DNA of 64,000 nt from Fibrobacteria bacterium (GTDB lineage: Bacteria > Fibrobacterota > Chitinivibrionia > Chitinivibrionales > FEN-1185): the NCBI GenBank assembly GCA_037447435.1, contig JBBIGR010000003.1, positions 128,001 through 192,000 on the forward strand, written 5' to 3'. Positions 48,257 through 56,619 of this stretch are shown here, piece by piece. Position 1 is the first letter of the stretch, and every line of letters starts with the position of its first letter. Below the pieces are notes generated by a model, which was not told the origin of the DNA, did no database searches, and was given only the letters and a program-made list of their open reading frames with translations. A program made the position numbers and the translations under genes.

Positions 48257-48307
48257 TATATAAGATTTAATTAAAAAATAATCAATTTACAAAAAAGGGA
48301 GGGTGAC

Positions 48308-49357
48308 GTGAAACGAGTAATGACGATCCTGTGTGCGGCAAGCGTGTCGTACGGTGCTATGGTCCTCGATGATTTTCAAGGAAGCCTTGGTAATACTCCG
48401 CCGCAAACCAATTTAGGTGCTGCAATCGGAATTCAAAACGGCAATTTGGCAGCCGGAAAAGGCGTTTGGACTGCAGATCATGATAATCAGGGTTCCTTTA
48501 TTCGCGATGCGTCCGGGAGCGATATAAATCCAGCAAACAATTTTATTACCAAAACAGACGGTCTTCATGCAAAATTTTCGCTTCACGCTGTTTTTACCGA
48601 TACGGTTACCGATCCTGCAAACCCGGCAAAAGTATACGGCTGGTGCTCTTTCGGAGCGACTTTTTCTGGTTCCGGAGCCACTGCCCCGTATTATGATCTT
48701 ACAAAAATGACTGGCGTTTTAATTAAGGCCAAGGGAACCGGTGCCGTGCATGTCAGTTTTAACACAAAAGAGAATGCGACGTGGGCTTGGGGCGATTTCG
48801 GTTCGACGATATTGCTGGACCCGACAACGATGACCGATTTTTTGATCAGTGCCAGCGATCTCATGCCGTCGCTTTATTCCGATGGCGCTACTAAAGGGAA
48901 AAGCTGGGCAACAGACGGTGCTCCAAAAGTCAACAGGATCGTGTTCGGCCTCGCAAATGCCGGAGATACGGCTGAAATAACAATAAAAGAAATTGTTTTA
49001 CTTGGAGTGAATCCGGCGGATTTCGGTATAACCTCTTATACCGGGCCTACCTATGAAGAGGTGACCGCCATTTCTTCTCCCAAAGCAAACTATGCGGGAG
49101 TAATGAATTCGCTGTCATGTCCTGCGATATTCCGGCCAAACAGCTCGTTTTCAGTATCGACTTTATCACGTTCTTCTTTGAGTATTTATGACTTGTCTGG
49201 GACACGAATAGCGGTTTTAAATGGAAACATTGGAACGAAAAATATTTATTGGAACGGTGCCGATGCTTCCGGAGCTTTAGTTGCAAACGGGACATATTTG
49301 GTAGAAGCACGAATGGACGGTGTCACGGTTTCACGGAGATTCCAATTTGTAAGGTGA
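48308..49357 (+). CDS. Secreted CBM11/CIA30-like domain protein with FlgD-Ig-type C-terminal domain
   Basis: Signal peptide; LDDF...W....D; YDLT...G.....KG.G; IYDLSG...WNG.D..G..V.NGTY. Confidence 0.65.
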   Translation: MKRVMTILCAASVSYGAMVLDDFQGSLGNTPPQTNLGAAIGIQNGNLAAGKGVWTADHDNQGSFIRDASGSDINPANNFITKTDGLHAKFSLHAVFTDTVTDPANPAKVYGWCSFGATFSGSGATAPYYDLTKMTGVLIKAKGTGAVHVSFNTKENATWAWGDFGSTILLDPTTMTDFLISASDLMPSLYSDGATKGKSWATDGAPKVNRIVFGLANAGDTAEITIKEIVLLGVNPADFGITSYTGPTYEEVTAISSPKANYAGVMNSLSCPAIFRPNSSFSVSTLSRSSLSIYDLSGTRIAVLNGNIGTKNIYWNGADASGALVANGTYLVEARMDGVTVSRRFQFVR

Positions 49358-49380
49358 TGAGGACCATGGTACTTTAACGT

Positions 49381-49453
49381 AATCCGGTAGGTATGACTAA
49401 TGCGGAAGCCTTCTTGCCCCCCAAACAGGATTCCGCGAAATACCTGCCGGATT
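49381..49453 (+). other. Long intergenic stem-loop inside the CAZyme cluster
   Basis: AATCCGGTAGGTAT / ATACCTGCCGGATT outer stem (one G-U) with an inner GCGGAA/TTCCGC stem. Confidence 0.55.
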
Positions 49454-49486
49454 TTTACAATTTGAAAAATAAAAAAAGGAGCCTTC

Positions 49487-50833
49487 ATGCGATTTGATCG
49501 CTTAGCCGGGAAATTTTCAATTGCAGTAATTCTGTTGTTTGTATCTTCTTTTGTTTATGGAAACACTTCTCCCGTCGGGTCGCCGGCGGAAGTAAACGGT
49601 GTTCTGCACGTTCATGGAACAAATTTATGCAATCAGTATGGGATGCCCATTCAGTTGCGTGGCGTGAGTACTCATGGCTTGCAATGGTTTCCAACTTGTT
49701 ATACGAACGGTAAAAGCATCAACGCGCTTGCTCAGAGCTGGCACGGCGACGTATTACGCGCGGTTATGTATATCGAGGAACAGGGATATCTGACTAATCC
49801 CGCTTCTTTCAGAAAGATGATCGATAATATCGTTGATACCTGCAAAGCTGCCGGCATCTATTGCATTATCGACTGGCATGTGCATTGGCCTGGAAACCCG
49901 ATGGCCGATATAGATTCTGCGGTTTCTTTTTGGACGTATATGTCAAACAAACATAAAGCGGATCCGGTTCTGTACGAAATTTGCAATGAGCCTTCGAATG
50001 CCGACGCCAACGGGAATGCCGGAACCTATACGAATTGGTCCACGATTAAAACCTATGCGGATTCAATTATTCATGTAATCAGACGAAACGATACGAATAC
50101 CGTCGTTTTGGTAGGTACTCCTTCCTGGTCTACGCTTGGTTTGTCCACAAATTCGAATGGAAGCGATATGCACGATATCGAAAACAATAAATTGATCGAT
50201 AAGAATGCGATGTACGTATTCCATTTTTATGCGAATCACCATTATTTTTCCGATAGCATCAACGCTGTTGCAAGTAGGCTCCCTCTGTTTTGCACCGAAT
50301 GGGCTGCATCAAGCTATACGACCGATAGCCAAAACGATAGTGCTGCGGCGCAGGTTTGGATTAATATTATGGCAAAGCATAAGATAGGTTGGTGTTATTT
50401 CGATTTTTCGGATGGAGCCAATGACATAATGTCTATGTTCAAATCGGGAACCTGTCCTTCAGGCTCTTATGCTGTTGATGGCGGAAATCTTACTTCTACT
50501 GGAAAACTGGTGAATTATTGGATGAATAATCCGCCGGACTCCTTTCCCGTGCCGGTGACCCAGTGCCTTGCGCGCAATGATAAGAATAATTCAAACGTGG
50601 CTCTTTCGATGAAAGGGAAAGAAATTTCATTGGTTTATGCAAATCCTTCGCGTGCTTTTGGTACAATTTCATTATATTCGGCATTAGGCGTCAAGGTTTT
50701 TGAATCCAGAGCCATACTAGGTGCAGGAATGCATACGGTTAAAATCAATGCCCGATCCTTAAGGTCCGGCGTTTATGTTCTCCGATTGGTTATCGGAGAA
50801 ACAGCCGTTACAAGGAATTTTGTTCTTCCTTGA
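49487..50833 (+). CDS. Secreted GH5 endoglucanase (subfamily 2-like) with C-terminal sorting-type domain
   Basis: QLRGVSTHGLQW, IIDWH, YEICNEP (acid/base), HFYA, LFCTEW (nucleophile). Confidence 0.93.
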   Translation: MRFDRLAGKFSIAVILLFVSSFVYGNTSPVGSPAEVNGVLHVHGTNLCNQYGMPIQLRGVSTHGLQWFPTCYTNGKSINALAQSWHGDVLRAVMYIEEQGYLTNPASFRKMIDNIVDTCKAAGIYCIIDWHVHWPGNPMADIDSAVSFWTYMSNKHKADPVLYEICNEPSNADANGNAGTYTNWSTIKTYADSIIHVIRRNDTNTVVLVGTPSWSTLGLSTNSNGSDMHDIENNKLIDKNAMYVFHFYANHHYFSDSINAVASRLPLFCTEWAASSYTTDSQNDSAAAQVWINIMAKHKIGWCYFDFSDGANDIMSMFKSGTCPSGSYAVDGGNLTSTGKLVNYWMNNPPDSFPVPVTQCLARNDKNNSNVALSMKGKEISLVYANPSRAFGTISLYSALGVKVFESRAILGAGMHTVKINARSLRSGVYVLRLVIGETAVTRNFVLP

Positions 50834-50970
50834 AACCGGCTTGCAAAAATATCGGGAAAATTTGACGGCATATACTGGTAATATGCAGCGATACTTGTAA
50901 AATGATAACTGCGGATAGATTAAGCGGGAAGTAATTTTAACAGCATCACTGCTTTCATAAGGACTATACT

Positions 50971-51879
50971 ATGCCATACATTTTTAACTACACGGATTAC
51001 CGGAAATACCTTGAAGATTTTTTTGAAGAACAAAAGAAAAAGCTTCCGGTATTTTCACACCGGTATTTAGCGCAAAAACTCGGATTGTCGACGCCGAATT
51101 ACGTTCTCCTGGTTATGCAGGGTAAACGTAAGCTAAGCAAAAATGTATGTATAAAATTATCGCAAGTATTTAAAATGAGCGACGAGGAGTCGCGCTATTT
51201 TGAAACGCTTGTCGATTTTATGCACGCGCAAAATCACGAAGCGAAAAACCGGTATTTCAATACTCTTATCCTTATCCGTCGAAAATTAACAGTCTCGAAA
51301 ATTGATGAATGGCAGTATGAATATTATAGTAAATGGTATAATCTCGTTGTCCGTGAACTTGTTGTTCGTGAAGATTATTCCGGCGACGTTAAAGCCCTTG
51401 CAAAGCGATTATCGCCTCCAATTACGGAGGCCGATGCACGTAAATCGATTGAGTTGCTTTTAAAGTTACAGCTTATTAAGCAAGTAGATGGAAAATTCGT
51501 ACAATCCGACCCGGTCATTAGCACAGGCAATGTAGTCGATTCGTTGGCAGTGGCGAATTTCCATCGGATAATGGCCCACATGGCTGCTGAATCGTTTGAT
51601 CGCCACAAAAGAAATGAACGAAGTATTTCGTCCTGTACGGTCAGCTTGACAGAAGAAGATTTTCAACAGTTACGAAGAGAAATTGTCGAATTACGAAAAA
51701 AATCGCTCGCATTAGCCGAAGAACACGCGGCGATTCGCGGTAAACGAGTGTATCAATTCAATTTCCAGCTGTTTCCTCTGTCCGAACCAGACGAAGCAGG
51801 ACCAGATCTGCCCCAGGAAAAGGATGCGCCTCCGGTATTTGTAAATAGGAGAGACAATAATGAAATTGAATCAAATTAA
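50971..51879 (+). CDS. TIGR02147-family protein (Fibrobacter paralogous family; HTH-like N-terminus, DUF4423-like C-terminus)
   Basis: IF.Y.DYR.YL.DFF...K...FS.R..A...G......L.V..GKR, YY..WY...VREL, L.P.I...A..S..LL.L.LI, VYQ.N.QLFPLS. Confidence 0.88.
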   Translation: MPYIFNYTDYRKYLEDFFEEQKKKLPVFSHRYLAQKLGLSTPNYVLLVMQGKRKLSKNVCIKLSQVFKMSDEESRYFETLVDFMHAQNHEAKNRYFNTLILIRRKLTVSKIDEWQYEYYSKWYNLVVRELVVREDYSGDVKALAKRLSPPITEADARKSIELLLKLQLIKQVDGKFVQSDPVISTGNVVDSLAVANFHRIMAHMAAESFDRHKRNERSISSCTVSLTEEDFQQLRREIVELRKKSLALAEEHAAIRGKRVYQFNFQLFPLSEPDEAGPDLPQEKDAPPVFVNRRDNNEIESN

Positions 51880-53134
51880 ATATTCGATTCTTATCGGCCT
51901 TGCATTTTTGCTTTCGTTAACGGCCAAATGTACCACGACGAGTCCTCTTGCCGGAGGTACCGAAAACGGTGAAGCAAAAATCGCAGGAGTTATTTACAAT
52001 ATGGACGAAACAACCCCGGCGAGCGGGGCCGTCGTCACGCTGCTTCCTGCCGACCAAAAGCCGCTTGACAGCACTCAGGTCGTGTTCGTCGATACTGCCG
52101 ACAAACAAGGCAATTTCCTTTTTGCAATTCCCGGGAAAATTTACAACGGCATTGCTTTTAATTGTTTTGCGAAATTGCAAGGAAAGGTTTCGTTTAGGAA
52201 CTCGATTGTCGCGCGGACCGATAGCACCGTTATTGTTCCGACAGTGTCGTTATTAAATCCGGGATCGATTTCGGGGAAAATACAATTGATGGGTACGGAC
52301 GATGCTCGTCGTATTCGTATTTCTGTTATCGGTAGTCAAATAGCAGTTTCATGCTCCGATTCAATGGGGACTTTCAGACTCGATTCTCTTGCGCAAGGAA
52401 CTTATGCGGTTAATATCTCGGACACGCTGAACGGTTATGTGCCCTACGACACCATCATAGCAGTTTCCGCAGGTATTGTTACCGTTATTTCCCAATCGAT
52501 CATATTGACGCCGGTTACATTCTTGCTCGACAATTTTGATGATGGTGACGGGTTTTCTCTGGCTAACTCCGTTTTGACCAATAGTGCGTGGTACGCCTGG
52601 AACGATTCGATTAACGGCGGAAAGTCAACCGTAACTCCCGCCTCGGTTATAAGCAATTTTGCAACGTGCATTACCGATGTGGGTGCGTATAGAGGAAAAA
52701 GCGTTCATTGTACTTTTGTTCTTGATAAAGTGTATCCGACACCCAGCGAAGGATTTACTTGTGTCTTGGCCCCTCAAAACGGGTATGTGGATTTTACTCA
52801 GCTTAAAAGTGTGTCGTTTTATATTCAAGGGAAAGATTCTGTCAGAGTAAGCTTTACGTCAAAGAAAGTTTCGGATTTCCCCGCGGGCCGTAACTGGGGC
52901 CAACTCGGTGCGGTCGTTGCTTGTCCCCCGACGTGGCAAAAAGTGACTGTGCCGGTATCGTTATTGAAGCCGCAACCCTATTCTGTGCAAGACTCATTGC
53001 ATATGACGTGGAATATGGTGCGGGACTCCGTGGACAGGTTAGTTTTTGGAACAGAAGGAGCACGAGGCGATACGGTTGATGTGTGGCTCGACAATATCAC
53101 TTTTGAGGGAATGCCTGCCTCGAGTTTCAAGTAA
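51860..53134 (+). CDS. Lipoprotein with carboxypeptidase-regulatory-like domains and a C-terminal CBM11-like domain
   Basis: Signal ending LTAKC, AGGTENG motif, D.AD..G.F, GSISG, LLDNFDDGD, VWLDNI.F; overlaps the TIGR02147 gene. Confidence 0.7.
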   Translation: MKLNQIKYSILIGLAFLLSLTAKCTTTSPLAGGTENGEAKIAGVIYNMDETTPASGAVVTLLPADQKPLDSTQVVFVDTADKQGNFLFAIPGKIYNGIAFNCFAKLQGKVSFRNSIVARTDSTVIVPTVSLLNPGSISGKIQLMGTDDARRIRISVIGSQIAVSCSDSMGTFRLDSLAQGTYAVNISDTLNGYVPYDTIIAVSAGIVTVISQSIILTPVTFLLDNFDDGDGFSLANSVLTNSAWYAWNDSINGGKSTVTPASVISNFATCITDVGAYRGKSVHCTFVLDKVYPTPSEGFTCVLAPQNGYVDFTQLKSVSFYIQGKDSVRVSFTSKKVSDFPAGRNWGQLGAVVACPPTWQKVTVPVSLLKPQPYSVQDSLHMTWNMVRDSVDRLVFGTEGARGDTVDVWLDNITFEGMPASSFK

Positions 53135-53144
53135 GGGAATTTTA

Positions 53145-53178
53145 TTTCCGGCAAAGCATTCTGTTGCTTTGCCGGAAA
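53145..53178 (+). terminator. Rho-independent terminator-like hairpin
   Basis: TTTCCGGCAAAGCA / TGCTTTGCCGGAAA immediately after the stop codon. Confidence 0.7.
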
Positions 53179-53310
53179 ATTTTACTTAGGGTGATATAGG
53201 CTTTAAAAATTCTTCATGTCCTTGAATTTACGCACGCCTGGTCTTGTGAAAAATAATAATCCAGCCAAAATGCTGTTCTCTAATCTCTCTGCGCAGGTCG
53301 CAAACGTATT

Positions 53311-53327
53311 GTATTCTAATGGAACAC
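53311..53327. promoter_or_regulatory. Palindromic operator-like motif, copy 2
   Basis: GTATTC-TAATG-GAACAC upstream of the 1019-aa surface protein. Confidence 0.5.
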
Positions 53328-53543
53328 GGAATAATAGTTAGACCTATGATTTTAAAAGAAAAATAGATAAATATTGTTATATTGCATATAAGCATAATGA
53401 AAAAAAACTGTTTGAAATAGAATACGTTTCGCAGTTTGCATTCTTTTGCTTAGACTCAGACTCACAATTTTATTACCCGAAAATTTACGGAGTATTTTCT
53501 AAATAGTAAACCCTATTTAAGGGGTTAAAACAGGAAAAAAAAT

Positions 53544-56500
53544 ATGAGCTATGTTACGAATAGCCGTGCATGCTTGTTGCTTATTGCTTTTTGCGCATTA
53601 GCAAGTTCCCTCTTCGCTCAAACGCTTGTTTCCAGAAATACAGCTTGGAACGATTCTGTAAGAGTGATTGTTATCTGGAACAGCGGAACAGGCGGCGGAC
53701 CTCCGGATATGCCGACAGGATGGAACCCGGCAGTCGGTGAAATCGGAAACGACACTAAAAACTTTGTCCAGAAAAGTTTAAAATTATTAAATCAAAATAA
53801 TATTAAATATTATACCGGCTCAGATGCAACCTGGAATTCGATCAATTCATTTGATGATCTTAAAAACGCAGCTTTTGGCGGGAAATTGCCGCATGTTATC
53901 GTGTATGTCAATGCCGGATGGACTTGGGATCAGGTGGCAGGTACCAAATCGCATGATCCTTATGCAGTTATTAAACAGGCTACCGATGCCGGAGTCGGTA
54001 TTGTTGCAGTTGGTGATGATGCGGCATATGACGCAATACAGATCCCATCATTCCCGCTGACCGGACCAACCGGTTCCGGAGCTCCTATTCAGTATCAATG
54101 GCCTATGAACGGGGCCAATAGTGGAAAATTATGGATAGCTTTAGACAAGCAAGAAGACTTTAATTTGCCCGACGGCGGGCTTCTTTTCGGAACCGCTCCA
54201 GACACAATGTGGTTTAAGGATTGGCAAGTAGGCGGTCGCGGTCAATCGGATGCCGATGCCTGGTCTGTAAATCCCGCTCAGCTCGATAATTATTCTTTTG
54301 TTGGATTTCAACAAATGGATGAAAACGGAGGCGTTTACGGCTCGCTGACCGATACAATCAATAAACCCCAAATATTGTTCAATGCATTGGCAGCTTTACA
54401 GGCCGGCAATCACCGCATCGTTATGATTGATTATCAACCGCAATATCTTGCCGATACAATCATGTCGGAGCAGGTGGTATATAACTCCGTATTCTGGGCT
54501 TCCAAGGCCCACGAAGTTCTCAAAATCCCGATGCCTATAGCAAATCCGGCGTCCGGAGCACTTCAGATCGGAAGCAGGATATCGCTTCATGTGGCTCTGG
54601 CAAATACGAGCCTTTACAAAATATATTATTCGATAAACGGTACCGCCCCTGTAATTTATACCGATTCGATACATGTCACAAATGGTCAACCTATAAACCT
54701 TAAGGCATTCGCGATATCCACGAATCCGCAAAATTGGCTGAACAGCGATACGCTCATCACGAGTTATACGGTTACCGTTCCCAAGATTCCAACACCAACC
54801 GTAAATCCGGCATCAGGAGTGGTGCCTTTGGGAAGTTCAATAACCATAAAAGACTCCCTCGCCAACACTGGTCTTTACACAATATACTATTCTGTAAACG
54901 GTGCAATGCCGGTCAAGGGCGAGTCCGTTCCTGTCAATAGTGCTCAGCCGTTTACTCTGAAGGCCTTTGCCGTTTCCGCAAATCCGCAAACATTGTTGAA
55001 CAGCGATACCGTAACAGCAAGTTACACGGTAAGCCTGATAAGCATTTCTGCGATTCCCGGTGACGGTACGAAATTCGGACCGGATACAAGCGTTACATTG
55101 ATAGCCAGCGCTGCCGATGCGAAAATTTACTATACCCTGGACGGTTCAGTCCCCGACAGTACCAAATCACCCTATACCGGCCCGATACTAATCAATAAAT
55201 CGTGTACGATAAAGGCCATCGCATACAAAGCCGCGATGTTGCCGGCCACCGGTTCATGGAGCTATATCCAACGCGTACCAATCAGTAATCTACTCAACGA
55301 CCAAACTTTTTTCATTAAGGAAAAGTCGCCGGCCGGCGCTGCGGTCGGTACCGTCGTATTGCAAGTGCCGGATTCAATCCATGTCGCTTTTACTCAGATA
55401 ACGTCAGTTCCGGAGTTTACTTTTGATCCTGCTACCAGGAAAATAACGGTTACATCTGGCGCAGTGCTTAATTACGATACGAAAAGCTCGTATTTTTTTA
55501 AGCTCGCTTCTTATGCGACAAATGCCTATTCCCTGATAGACACGGCGACGGTCACCATACGGCTTTTGGCCGATTCTCTTATTCCTGCCACTGCGACGCT
55601 CCTTGACACGAATCATAACGGTCATCTTGATGAAATAGACATCAAATGGACCGATACGTCGGCTATGAAATCCGTGCTGCCTGCGGTTGGCGATTTAGTT
55701 CAGGCGTTGAGTCTGATTACCTTGGACAAACAAAATGATGTGCTTCATGCCATTGCGCTGTTGCCCGATTTTTCAAATAAGACCATCCGCATTATTCTCC
55801 AGGAAAACACCCAATTTTGGGAAACCGGATGGGATTCTGCAAAGGTAAATCTGAGTACCGTATCGGTAAGCGTCAAAGGCGGCTATTTTCAATTGAATGG
55901 AATAATAGACGGTGCATTGCCTATTATTACCGGCGCATGCTACTTACCGGGAGAAAAGGCGGATACTCTTGACGTATCGTTCAGCGAGCCCCCGGACGCC
56001 GCAACTGCTGCAGCGTATTTGCAGAATATAAAAATCGGTTCCAAAAGCGGAGAAAAGTCGCTGGCCGTTTTGGGCGCGGCACAATCCAGAATACTAAAAA
56101 GTCAAATCCTGTATGTTGCTCCAGCCGGTGCAATATCGCCGTATGATAACAGCGCGTATCTATCATTCGCAAACGGTCCGCCCAGTCCTGCGGTCGTCAT
56201 CGATTATTGCCATCCGCTTCCGCTTATCGTTACGTCAAAAGCCGGACCAAATCCGTTTGATCCGAATACCGCAGTGCCTCCGGGACGTCATGATGGGGAT
56301 CCCCTTCACGGGATACGGATAGAAATTCTATTAAACAGCTCGAATACATCTTCGGTAGGCGGAGACAACCGTCCCGCAACATGCAGCATATTCGATGCGG
56401 TCGGCAATGTTGTCATGAACGAAGTCGGTTTGAAACCAGATCCTCTTTCGGTGCGGAAGAAATATCTCATTTGGGACGGAAAGAACAAAAACGGAATGAT

Positions 56501-56603
56501 CGTTGCGGGCGGTACGTATTTGGCACGCGTAACCACCGAGGATAAAAAAACCGGAAGTAAAGTAGTCAAACAGATATTACTCGGCGTAAAAACGGTAAAA
56601 TAA
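53544..56603 (+). CDS. Large secreted surface protein: unknown N-terminal domain, Fn3-associated/CHB_HEX_C-like repeats, cadherin-like domain, FlgD-like C-terminal domain
   Basis: Signal peptide; two ~83-aa repeats KIP.P..NPASG...IYYS.NG..P...LKAFA.S.NPQ..LNSDT...SYTV; IYYTLDGS.P; I.E....G..VG...LNY; tail GPNPF.P...IFDAVGN.V...WDG.N.NG..V.GGTY. Confidence 0.75.
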   Translation: MSYVTNSRACLLLIAFCALASSLFAQTLVSRNTAWNDSVRVIVIWNSGTGGGPPDMPTGWNPAVGEIGNDTKNFVQKSLKLLNQNNIKYYTGSDATWNSINSFDDLKNAAFGGKLPHVIVYVNAGWTWDQVAGTKSHDPYAVIKQATDAGVGIVAVGDDAAYDAIQIPSFPLTGPTGSGAPIQYQWPMNGANSGKLWIALDKQEDFNLPDGGLLFGTAPDTMWFKDWQVGGRGQSDADAWSVNPAQLDNYSFVGFQQMDENGGVYGSLTDTINKPQILFNALAALQAGNHRIVMIDYQPQYLADTIMSEQVVYNSVFWASKAHEVLKIPMPIANPASGALQIGSRISLHVALANTSLYKIYYSINGTAPVIYTDSIHVTNGQPINLKAFAISTNPQNWLNSDTLITSYTVTVPKIPTPTVNPASGVVPLGSSITIKDSLANTGLYTIYYSVNGAMPVKGESVPVNSAQPFTLKAFAVSANPQTLLNSDTVTASYTVSLISISAIPGDGTKFGPDTSVTLIASAADAKIYYTLDGSVPDSTKSPYTGPILINKSCTIKAIAYKAAMLPATGSWSYIQRVPISNLLNDQTFFIKEKSPAGAAVGTVVLQVPDSIHVAFTQITSVPEFTFDPATRKITVTSGAVLNYDTKSSYFFKLASYATNAYSLIDTATVTIRLLADSLIPATATLLDTNHNGHLDEIDIKWTDTSAMKSVLPAVGDLVQALSLITLDKQNDVLHAIALLPDFSNKTIRIILQENTQFWETGWDSAKVNLSTVSVSVKGGYFQLNGIIDGALPIITGACYLPGEKADTLDVSFSEPPDAATAAAYLQNIKIGSKSGEKSLAVLGAAQSRILKSQILYVAPAGAISPYDNSAYLSFANGPPSPAVVIDYCHPLPLIVTSKAGPNPFDPNTAVPPGRHDGDPLHGIRIEILLNSSNTSSVGGDNRPATCSIFDAVGNVVMNEVGLKPDPLSVRKKYLIWDGKNKNGMIVAGGTYLARVTTEDKKTGSKVVKQILLGVKTVK

Positions 56604-56619
56604 TATTAAGGATTTCATA

